A DNA stretch of 64,000 bases from Synechococcus sp. (lineage in GTDB: Bacteria; Cyanobacteriota; Cyanobacteriia; PCC-6307; Cyanobiaceae): assembly GCA_047285535.1 (NCBI GenBank), contig JBJBDC010000001.1, positions 1,504,136-1,568,135 of the forward strand, written 5' to 3'. Below are positions 10,376 to 19,907 of this stretch, piece after piece; positions within the stretch are counted from its first letter, which is position 1; each line of letters opens with the position of its first letter. The position numbers were made by a program, and so were the translations under genes. The notes under the pieces are model-generated. The model searched no databases, was not told the DNA's origin, and saw only the letters and a list, made by a program, of their open reading frames with translations.

Positions 10376-11875
10376 ATGCCTAGATACTTGTTTCGCGAAG
10401 GAGTAAAGATCAACCCAGAAAATAAAGACATAATCATCACAACTCCTTACGCCACACGATCAAGCCCAAACCAGCAAACGCTCCGAATCAAAGATCCTGA
10501 AGCGCCTTTAAAAAAGCTTCTCAAAGACCTTCTTCAAACCGGAGTCGAAAGCAATCAGCATTTAATAGCATGCGAGAGTATAGAGACTACAGCAATACAT
10601 TCAGCCCATGGATTCCAACTTAAAACGCTTTTCAAAAAAGGATTGCTGATTTACGAAATCGATGGATGCAATGGCACTGCCATACGCCTACTACCAATAA
10701 AACCTGGACCCAAACAACACGCCCTCCCAAAAGAAGGAAAGACATTTAAGCTCTCTAATTTTGCCAGCATTCAACCCTTCTCTGAAGGCCTCGACATCAC
10801 AACACCCTCATCACCTACAACATTACGACTACAAGACCATCGGCTCTACCAGATCATCCCAAAACTCGTAGAACCCTGCACGACGGATAGTATTCGTGAG
10901 CTCTTACCCGAGGATCTGCGATTACAAACTCTCGACATTATCTCGACCTTCCTCACATCGGAAACAATCGGAATCTGCAACACGCAGCACATTGCAACGA
11001 TCGATGCAGAAGCAATCGCTGCAGGCTGGAGCAAAGAAGATCTCACGTTCCACTGCCATACCCGTCGCCACAGCGTTGATCTCCACCAAGAAGAATCTTT
11101 AGCGAAAGAATTCTGCACCAAGACACCACAAGCAAGACATCAAAGAGTCATCCTCAATACAGTAAAACTAAAACAACCATTACCGCATCAGCACAACTCT
11201 AATTTCTTTCAAGTCATTGAGAAACGAAAGACCATTCGAGCCTATAGCAATCAGCCCATCAATTCTGAAGCGTTAGGAAATCTTCTCTGGTATTCAATAC
11301 GCACTCGAGAAGAAATCTGCTGTGATCCAGGATTACCTCGCTCCTACGAAGGTTTACTTAGACCAGTCGCAAGCGCAGGGGGCCTCCATTCCATCGAGCT
11401 TTATTTATGCATTAAACAGTGCATCGGCATTCCTCCAGGCTTTTATCATTACGACTCCTTTGAGCATGCACTGGGGAAATTAAGTGACCTGAATCAGGCA
11501 TGTGAAAACATGCTGACGCTTGCAGTCAATACAACATGCCGAGCACCACAGGCCCCTTCCATATCACCTGGCGAAGCCCAGCAGCCTGATATTTTAATCG
11601 TGATGGCCGCTCGCTATCAAAGAAATGCAAGCCTTCACTCTGGCACCGGGCTTGCCTACACTCTGATTCTAAAAGATGCCGGGTCAATCTATCAGCAACT
11701 CTATCTTGTTGCCACAGCCCTTGGACTCGCGCCGTGTGGATTAAGCTTTGGCAGCAGTGAATTATTCGAACAGGCTTCTGGCATCTCTAGCAAGACTGAA
11801 TGCTCCGTAGGCGAATTCATGATTGGCAATCCCAAGCAAGGGTCGATCATTCATCAAAGCCAAAGCTTGCATTAA
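10376..11875 (+). CDS. SagB/ThcOx-family FMN-dependent peptide (azoline) dehydrogenase, cyanobactin-oxidase-like
   Basis: C-terminal nitroreductase fold with RKTIRAY, LGNLLW, RPVASAGGLHSIELY, GFYHYD and LKDAG..YQQLYLVATALGLAPC. Long N-terminal region with W...DL.FH..TR as in ThcOx/PatG oxidases. Confidence 0.85.
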   Translation: MPRYLFREGVKINPENKDIIITTPYATRSSPNQQTLRIKDPEAPLKKLLKDLLQTGVESNQHLIACESIETTAIHSAHGFQLKTLFKKGLLIYEIDGCNGTAIRLLPIKPGPKQHALPKEGKTFKLSNFASIQPFSEGLDITTPSSPTTLRLQDHRLYQIIPKLVEPCTTDSIRELLPEDLRLQTLDIISTFLTSETIGICNTQHIATIDAEAIAAGWSKEDLTFHCHTRRHSVDLHQEESLAKEFCTKTPQARHQRVILNTVKLKQPLPHQHNSNFFQVIEKRKTIRAYSNQPINSEALGNLLWYSIRTREEICCDPGLPRSYEGLLRPVASAGGLHSIELYLCIKQCIGIPPGFYHYDSFEHALGKLSDLNQACENMLTLAVNTTCRAPQAPSISPGEAQQPDILIVMAARYQRNASLHSGTGLAYTLILKDAGSIYQQLYLVATALGLAPCGLSFGSSELFEQASGISSKTECSVGEFMIGNPKQGSIIHQSQSLH

Positions 11876-12152
11876 AAGCAGTTTAAGTCTAAAGATAAAA
11901 AAGATCGCTTCTTTCTATATTAAATACTATCGGAGCGAACAAACAGAGGACGCAAGGAACAATTGATAGCTTGATCAAGCCTTGTCTTGCAATCAACTCA
12001 GCTTACACGCGACTTACAATAACAATCACTCCTCGAAACATACTATTCACCCCAAGCTGACAAAAAAACCTCCCAAATGATCAGATGATTCACGCTCAAG
12101 TATAGATTTACGGGTCAAACGAAATAGGAAGACTACAATTTAAAAGCCAGCA

Positions 12153-12389
12153 ATGAAATCCATGGAAGCTGTTGCGAATGCACTTAAACTAAAGACAGCA
12201 GGCTTTATGGCGTCATACTTTTGCTCTCGAAGCATCCTGAATGCATTATTCATATCGCTCATCACTTTTGTCATCATTCCATCAATCACAGCTGGAAGCG
12301 AGCCAGAGAGTTGCCTGCTGGCCGTTATTCCATCACTATTAGTAATAATAGTTTTTTGGCTTAGGTTTACACACAAATACGCAAATTGA
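12153..12389 (+). CDS. small hypothetical membrane protein (2 TM)
   Basis: 78-aa ORF with two hydrophobic stretches; shares MEA and IVFWLRF with the next ORF. Start may be ATG 12162. Confidence 0.55.
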   Translation: MKSMEAVANALKLKTAGFMASYFCSRSILNALFISLITFVIIPSITAGSEPESCLLAVIPSLLVIIVFWLRFTHKYAN

Positions 12390-12392
12390 ATC

Positions 12393-12614
12393 ATGGAAGC
12401 ATCAAGGAGCTCGCCTTACGGACTAGAACACTTCAGGAGCCTTGGATTCTTATTCTTTTTATGCGGAGCTTACTATCACTGTATTGATTTTCTAGGCACT
12501 GAAAAAACCACTCTATGGGGTATGGGACTAACTTTCTCAGGATTAATGCTAGCGACTATAGTATTTTGGCTTCGATTTGCCATACAAAGAAGAATCTGGA
12601 AATATTTATTTTAG
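12393..12614 (+). CDS. small hypothetical membrane protein (2 TM), paralog of the upstream ORF
   Basis: 73-aa ORF starting 3 nt after the previous stop; IVFWLRF motif. Confidence 0.6.
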   Translation: MEASRSSPYGLEHFRSLGFLFFLCGAYYHCIDFLGTEKTTLWGMGLTFSGLMLATIVFWLRFAIQRRIWKYLF

Positions 12615-12692
12615 ATTAAAGACTAAGTTCCAACCAAGCAAAAGCCAGGCACTCCCTGAAGCTGAGCTTTTCTCGGTCAGAACAGATGTCAT

Positions 12693-12956
12693 TCAATTGG
12701 CTGAACCATTTTTGGCTGAAGAAGGTTGAACAGGCACAGTCGATCCGTCTTTTCGCTTCAAAACAGTGGGATTAGCGGCAGCCGGCTTAGTAGCAGCCGG
12801 CTTAGAACTGGCAGACTTGGAAGCAGTCGAAGCCTTGCCAGGCTTGATTACATAAATCTTAGAGCCATATGTTTTTTCGATTAAGAAGAAAATCAACACC
12901 ACTACTGGGACCGAAGTTAAGCCACCAACAATGACCTCGAATTCAGACAACGCCAT
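12693..12956 (-). CDS. small single-TM protein with Lys/Ala/Ser/Pro-rich tail (N-terminus PsaM-like)
   Basis: 87-aa ORF with one hydrophobic helix (about aa 8-26) and a low-complexity basic tail; divergent from isiA. Confidence 0.7.
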   Translation of the reverse strand: MALSEFEVIVGGLTSVPVVVLIFFLIEKTYGSKIYVIKPGKASTASKSASSKPAATKPAAANPTVLKRKDGSTVPVQPSSAKNGSAN

Positions 12957-13234
12957 TATAAAAGAATAATTTCAAACAATACCCGAGAGAATTCTCAGCA
13001 TCAAATCATTTGGCACCTATCGAAGCAGCTTTTGAAAAGGCAATAAGTACGTTTTGCGACGCCATCCCGCATCAGAAAATATAGACGGAGGAAAATATTG
13101 ACCACAGAAATGAAGCAATTGAGCGAAGAAAAGTATCATGTTTACAGCAAAATTGTTCAATCAAAATATGTTAAATCCGCGAAGATTTGCCGGGCATGAC
13201 TAACTAGTCTGAGACTGCCCAAGTTCATCAACCA

Positions 13235-14269
13235 ATGCAATCTTATGGGAAACCATCAGTCAATTATGACTGGTGGGCAGGCAATTCAGGAGTAGCCAAA
13301 CGATCAGGTTCTTTCATTGCTGCTCATACAGCACATGCAGGCCTAATTATGTTTTGGGCAGGAGCATTTACGCTCTTTGAGCTAGCTCGCTATGACGCGT
13401 TGCTGCCAATGGGGGAACAAGGATTAATCCTTCTGCCTCATCTGGCGTCGTTGGGCTTTGGCCTGGGTACAGACGCAACCATAGTGAACACGGAACCTTA
13501 TATCACGATCGCTGCATTTCATTTGGTCTCCTCCGCTGTATTGGGGGCTGCTGGTATTTGGCATGTCCTTAGAGCGCCTAAGGATCTATCAAAAGCGGAA
13601 GGAAGGGCCGAGAAATTTCATTTTAATTGGGATGACCCCAAGAAACTCACCTTTATTCTTGGCCACCATCTCATCTTTCTTGGGCTAGGAGCCATTGCTT
13701 TTGTGGAATGGGCACAACATCACGGAATCTATGACACTGCCATTGGCGCAGTTCGCAAAGTTGAACCCAACATTGATCTGGGCATGGTATGGAGCTATCA
13801 GACCAATTTTCTTTCCATTAGCAGCTTAGAAGATGTAATGGGAGGACATGCTGTATTAGCTTTCATACTGACAATTGGTGGAGTATGGCACATTATTACA
13901 AGCCCATTTGGACCCTTCAAAAAAATACTCATCTACTCTGGAGAAGCAATCCTTTCCTATTCTCTTGCAGGAATTGCACTCATGGGGTTTGTCACAAGCA
14001 TCTGGTGTGCACAAAACACAACGATTTATCCGGTTGAGTTCTACGGCGAAGCTCTAAAACTAAATTTTGCATTCTCACCCTATTTTAGTGACACAGTATC
14101 CGTCTTAAACGATGGACATACGGCACGAGCTTGGCTTGCCAATACGCACTTTTACTTGGCCTTTTTCTTCCTGCAAGGCCACTTCTGGCACGCATTGAGG
14201 AGTATGGGATTTGATTTCAGGAGCGTCTCTAAAGCAATCGATTCAATGGATACAATGCAGGTAAATTAA
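13235..14269 (+). CDS. isiA: IsiA/Pcb chlorophyll-binding antenna protein (CP43 family)
   Basis: WWAGN, AAH.AHAGL..FWAGAFTLFE, ILGHHLIFLG, LEDVMGGH and RAWLAN.HF..FFFLQGH.WHALR. At 344 aa it lacks the large lumenal loop of CP43. Confidence 0.93.
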   Translation: MQSYGKPSVNYDWWAGNSGVAKRSGSFIAAHTAHAGLIMFWAGAFTLFELARYDALLPMGEQGLILLPHLASLGFGLGTDATIVNTEPYITIAAFHLVSSAVLGAAGIWHVLRAPKDLSKAEGRAEKFHFNWDDPKKLTFILGHHLIFLGLGAIAFVEWAQHHGIYDTAIGAVRKVEPNIDLGMVWSYQTNFLSISSLEDVMGGHAVLAFILTIGGVWHIITSPFGPFKKILIYSGEAILSYSLAGIALMGFVTSIWCAQNTTIYPVEFYGEALKLNFAFSPYFSDTVSVLNDGHTARAWLANTHFYLAFFFLQGHFWHALRSMGFDFRSVSKAIDSMDTMQVN

Positions 14270-14292
14270 CGACTCATCATTTGAATGGGACT

Positions 14293-14332
14293 AAGTGGCC
14301 TCTTTGATTTTTCATAGGGGCCACTTCTTTTT
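14293..14332 (+). terminator. intrinsic terminator after isiA
   Basis: AAGTGGCCTCT...AGGGGCCACTT stem followed by CTTTTT. Confidence 0.7.
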
Positions 14333-14538
14333 GGACGCCTTTACAAGCCACTTCACTGACAACCATCCAATCATTCAAGCAAACGGGGATATCTGATTCT
14401 CATCAAAAACATTGGCAAACGTGCAATACCAATTACTAAATAGCCCTTTATTCGCAAAATCTAGATTTAAAAATCAAGGAAGTGGACGATGAAGGTTACG
14501 ACACAGATCACAACCCAAGTAAGCACGAATCCAGATCT

Positions 14539-14976
14539 CTACTGAGGCTTGATGTACAGCCAGTTCCCTTTTAGCTCTCCATCCTTCCGTTGAAACAGCG
14601 ACGTTTCAGTCATCACATGGCGTTGACCACCTGCTTCAAACGTTGCTTCAAAAGTCACAGTGCCTTCGAAATCATCCACACCACCAGCCTCCACCGCCTT
14701 GATCTTCAATCCAAACCAACGGACCTCGCGACAATTGTTGCGCAACTCTTTTCGGCGTTGTGCCAAAGGAGTCTGTAAATCGAGATGAGTGGCGAGTAAA
14801 TAATTAACCTCAGCAAGAGCAAAAGCCGAATAACGCGAGCGCATCAATTGCTCAGCCGTGACCGCCCTTTGCTCCCCGCGATGCAAAGGCTCGCAACAGA
14901 TTTCATAGCTTGCTCCACTCATACAAGGGCAAGGCTTTGTACTTTTTGATGATCCAAAACCAGCCGTTCTTGGCAT
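14539..14976 (-). CDS. ychJ: YchJ family (SEC-C motif) protein
   Basis: CPC.SG..Y..CC.P.H, TAEQLMRSRYSAF, E.S.F and W.Y. Confidence 0.9.
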   Translation of the reverse strand: MPRTAGFGSSKSTKPCPCMSGASYEICCEPLHRGEQRAVTAEQLMRSRYSAFALAEVNYLLATHLDLQTPLAQRRKELRNNCREVRWFGLKIKAVEAGGVDDFEGTVTFEATFEAGGQRHVMTETSLFQRKDGELKGNWLYIKPQ

Positions 14977-16046
14977 CAGTTCAGCTCCTTCAAGGCGGGC
15001 AAAGGTCGCATCAATGAAGCTGAGGCCAGACCTTCACGTAAAGCCAGAAGCCATCCAGCGGCTTCTGTATAGGACCGAGCTTGCAATACCTCACTTTCCA
15101 CACCAAGAGACTGTGACGTGACCTGCAACAGCGATGGATTGACCACACTGATCACAGGAAGTCTGCGCTCAAGCGACGCCAACACCGCTTCTCCCCCAAG
15201 AGCTCCTTCCGGTACAACCAACGCGCCCACATCTTCAGCCACAAGATCCCGATGGCTTGCAGATGAGCGACGCACCAAATCAGGAGCCTGGCTTAATCCC
15301 ACCAACACACAAGTTAAAAAGGTGTGACCAAGTTCTTCCCCTGCAGCCCGCGCATCCAATTGCGGATCCAGCTGCAGCGCCGATAAGGCGGGTGCATGGG
15401 CGCAGGGAATCTGCAAATGACGCACCATTAGATGGCTGATCACGGCTTCGGCGCCCGCCAAGGCATCCACACCGCTGCCATGGCGATAGGCATCCAAAGC
15501 CTCAGTTCCCTGATCGTCCGGGAAGCGGGCAACCACCGCAATCGCAGTTGAACCGTTGGATTTCAATTGTTCACCCGCCCGCAATAAAGCATCGGGGCGT
15601 TCAAGAGTGCCCCAACTCGCACCGCTCTGTCCCAATTGCAGATGCACCCCTAACGGCACATCGCTCGTCACAACAGGGCCAATCTCAATACCGAGCGTTG
15701 CCCTGCAACCATCGGCCACCTGCAGGTGGCGTTGCCGCAGCTCAGGCTCCAAGCCCGCATCCAACAGCAAACCAATTCGTTGTTGACGCACAGGTCTCAG
15801 CGCCCAGTCACCAGCCGCAAAACGATCCAACCCGTAGCCCTCGACGTAGTGAATTCGAGGGTCTTTCCAATACAACGAGGCGCCATTCATCACGTTGGGA
15901 TGGGTGATCAAACACCCTGAGGCTGCAGCCAAAAGCCTTGCACTTGGAAGCGCGTCTCCGGCATACCCGCCCACCGCACATCCAATCCCCGTTGGAACCA
16001 CCATCAACGTGGGTAGCGGAGATCTCAAAGACAAGCCCTCGTTCAC
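14976..16046 (-). CDS. DUF3326 domain protein
   Basis: VPTGIGCAVGGYAGDALP, THPNVMNGASLY and GVDALAGAEAVISH. Confidence 0.88.
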   Translation of the reverse strand: MNEGLSLRSPLPTLMVVPTGIGCAVGGYAGDALPSARLLAAASGCLITHPNVMNGASLYWKDPRIHYVEGYGLDRFAAGDWALRPVRQQRIGLLLDAGLEPELRQRHLQVADGCRATLGIEIGPVVTSDVPLGVHLQLGQSGASWGTLERPDALLRAGEQLKSNGSTAIAVVARFPDDQGTEALDAYRHGSGVDALAGAEAVISHLMVRHLQIPCAHAPALSALQLDPQLDARAAGEELGHTFLTCVLVGLSQAPDLVRRSSASHRDLVAEDVGALVVPEGALGGEAVLASLERRLPVISVVNPSLLQVTSQSLGVESEVLQARSYTEAAGWLLALREGLASASLMRPLPALKELN

Positions 16047-16231
16047 TCGATCAACACCGCTTCGATCTGCAAGTCAGCCTGTTGTTCATGAGCCGAATGA
16101 TCCACCAACGTGATGGCCCACCGAAGCGGTTCACCATGAACCCGCAATTGATCTTTCACCCAACCACTCAGCTGTGATGCTTGTACATCCTTGGGCCAAG
16201 ACACAGTCAACGTTCTCGACGTCAACTTCAT
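16043..16231 (-). CDS. conserved hypothetical protein
   Basis: 62 aa with GEPLRWAIT; 4-nt overlaps with both neighbours. Confidence 0.7.
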   Translation of the reverse strand: MKLTSRTLTVSWPKDVQASQLSGWVKDQLRVHGEPLRWAITLVDHSAHEQQADLQIEAVLIE

Positions 16232-16569
16232 TTCTGGTACTGACCAAACTGAGCTTCATAGAGTGCATCTTCCTGACCGGCTAGAAGCCGAAGATCCGAG
16301 CAAGGGAAAGCAACGCAAAGCAAGGTGAATCCATCAGCACGCAGGTCTTCTTTCACACCCATCGCATCAGGTTGATCAACAGAACCACTTGTGAGCTTGG
16401 CTGCACAGGTTGTACAAACCCCTGAACAACAAGAACTCGGGAGCATCACCCCAGCTTCTTCAGCAGCAGCCAGCACGGTTTGGTCTGAGCGGCAGGAAAA
16501 ACTGTGCGTCGACCCCTCGAACTCGATGCTGACGTTGTAAGTAGCGGCAGCAGTGGCGTTGTCGCTCAT
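16228..16569 (-). CDS. 2Fe-2S plant-type ferredoxin
   Basis: LPSSCCSGVCTTCAA...LLCVAFP, with the C-terminal EDALYEAQFG typical of the Fed3/FdC1 type. Confidence 0.93.
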   Translation of the reverse strand: MSDNATAAATYNVSIEFEGSTHSFSCRSDQTVLAAAEEAGVMLPSSCCSGVCTTCAAKLTSGSVDQPDAMGVKEDLRADGFTLLCVAFPCSDLRLLAGQEDALYEAQFGQYQK

Positions 16570-16600
16570 CCTGATCGGTCAGTCTTTGATGGTTATTCTC

Positions 16601-17308
16601 TCAGGACGGCAGCCCTGAGCAAGAGCTCCAATGAGAGGGATGGGGCGCAAGGTATTCCGGCGGATGACCCTGCTGAGGAGCGCTCAGCACAAAGTCAAAA
16701 CTGATCGAGCAGCGGAGCGATTCAGGATCGCCATTCGCCAACACGCTGTGATCAAGCCTGGCAGGGAAGAGAACCAACAGGCCAACCTCGGGAGCCAAGT
16801 CCCAGCGATCTGTGTTGAGAGGGTGTTCATTGGCAATGGGCCCACCATGGCCAGCGAAAAGCCCTGGCACCAGTTCATTGCTTTGCAATGGGGCATGAAC
16901 ACGAAGCACGCCCTCCTCACCTGAGCCACGCCCTGTGAGATACAAAACCGCACTGAGATGGGCATTGGGATGATGATGGCGGCCAACCATCTGATCCCAG
17001 TCACTCAACACAGGCCAGCAGCGCTGCAAATGCAAAGCCACTCGACTGCGATCAAACCCAACCGCCGCTAAATAACAGCTGGCATGATCAACAACACGCT
17101 GAACTAAGGGTGCAAACTCAGGTTGGTGATGCAACTGCCAAACACCGTTGATATCACCAGTCCAAGCGCATCCCTCACTGGGGTTGCCCACAGCCTCACC
17201 CCTAAGAGCCAGCAGCGTCTGCAAATGCGCAGCAAGGTCAATCGGATCGATTGCCAGCTTGGTTGTCGCCACAACCGTTGGGAAAAGCTGGTGGAGAGTC
17301 AAAGTCAT
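16601..17308 (-). CDS. putative 2OG-Fe(II) oxygenase (TIGR02466-like)
   Basis: LFPT, HHHPNAHLSAVLY, LFP..L.HSV and R.SISF. Confidence 0.8.
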   Translation of the reverse strand: MTLTLHQLFPTVVATTKLAIDPIDLAAHLQTLLALRGEAVGNPSEGCAWTGDINGVWQLHHQPEFAPLVQRVVDHASCYLAAVGFDRSRVALHLQRCWPVLSDWDQMVGRHHHPNAHLSAVLYLTGRGSGEEGVLRVHAPLQSNELVPGLFAGHGGPIANEHPLNTDRWDLAPEVGLLVLFPARLDHSVLANGDPESLRCSISFDFVLSAPQQGHPPEYLAPHPSHWSSCSGLPS

Positions 17309-17317
17309 CTCTCCATT

Positions 17318-17341
17318 AAAAAAGCCGGCCCTTAGGCCGGC
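17318..17341 (-). terminator. intrinsic terminator of the atp operon
   Basis: GCCGGCC-TAAG-GGCCGGC hairpin followed by TTTTTT on the minus strand. Confidence 0.8.
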
Positions 17342-17362
17342 AAAAGAATGGTGTTCAGAAAT

Positions 17363-18316
17363 CTAGGCTCCTGCAGCAGCTGAGCCACCAACCACTTCAA
17401 GGATTTCCTGAGTAATGGCTGCCTGACGCGCCTTGTTGTAATCAAGGGTGAGCGTCTTAGCCAACTCCTTGGCATTGTCACTTGCATTGTTCATTGCGGT
17501 CATTCGACTTGCAAGCTCGGATGCTGCCGATTCCTGCAGCGAACGCAAGAGTTGATTTTGTAGATACAAAGGCAACAACGCATTCAACAACTGATCAGGA
17601 CTTTGCTCAAACACGATGTCTGAAGGCAATTTGGGCTGCGCATTAGCCGGAGCGTTCTCTGATTCAACCGTAAGACGACCTTCCTTGGTCGTGAGACGGA
17701 AAATCTCATCTTCTGCTTCAGCAATACCCTGAGGATCCAGAGGTAATAGCGTCTGAACTACTGGTTTGCAGCTGACCAAATTAATGAATTTGGTGTAGAT
17801 GATCTCAACACGATCAGATGTTTCTGAAAGAAATTCAGCAAAGATCTCGCTAGCAATGGAACCAGCTTCATCAGCCGTAGGGACCTGTTCCAAGCCTGTG
17901 AAAGTGGCCTGAATTGGATAACTACGATTAGTGAAATAGCCAATGGCTTTGCGTCCAATCAAAACAAGCGCCACCTTGTAACCCTGGCCTTGAAGCTCAG
18001 CGAAACGTTTCTCTGTGCGTTTGATGATGTTGGAGTTGTAACCACCGCAAAGACCGCGATCGCCAGTCACTGCCATCAAGGTGATCGTTTTGACAGGACG
18101 ATTCTCTAACAAAGGAGCATCTGCATCTTCAAAACGCATGCGCGACTGCAGATTCTCCAAGAGGCGAGCGAGTCGATCCGCGAACGGGCGACTACGCAAA
18201 ACCTGTTCCTGGGCACGACGAACCTTGGCCGCAGCCACGAGGCGCATGGCCTCCGTGATCTTGCGCGTATTTTTGACCGATTTAATCCGGTCCCGGATCT
18301 CTTTGAGATTTGCCAT
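17363..18316 (-). CDS. atpG: ATP synthase F1 gamma subunit (cyanobacterial atpC)
   Basis: [20 protein letters not shown] and [13 protein letters not shown]. Confidence 0.99.
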   Translation of the reverse strand: MANLKEIRDRIKSVKNTRKITEAMRLVAAAKVRRAQEQVLRSRPFADRLARLLENLQSRMRFEDADAPLLENRPVKTITLMAVTGDRGLCGGYNSNIIKRTEKRFAELQGQGYKVALVLIGRKAIGYFTNRSYPIQATFTGLEQVPTADEAGSIASEIFAEFLSETSDRVEIIYTKFINLVSCKPVVQTLLPLDPQGIAEAEDEIFRLTTKEGRLTVESENAPANAQPKLPSDIVFEQSPDQLLNALLPLYLQNQLLRSLQESAASELASRMTAMNNASDNAKELAKTLTLDYNKARQAAITQEILEVVGGSAAAGA

Positions 18317-18327
18317 GGCTTAAGCCC

Positions 18328-19902
<1,575 letters not shown>

Positions 19903-19907
19903 TTAGC

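Noticed and set aside
11876..12152. RiPP precursor peptide next to the SagB/ThcOx oxidase
   Set aside because: No ORF with a leader (ELSxxxL, GG) or Cys/Ser/Thr-rich core found on either strand.
12140..12394. 84-aa minus-strand ORF
   Set aside because: It is antisense to the plus-strand ORF that is supported by the paralogous IVFWLRF motif.
12983..12997. Fur box in the isiA divergent promoter
   Set aside because: Only one ATTCTCA half-site matches a 7-1-7 inverted repeat, which is not enough to call.
13133..13145. GTA...TAC upstream of isiA as an NtcA site
   Set aside because: The spacer is 7 nt (GTA-TCATGTT-TAC), not the required 8.
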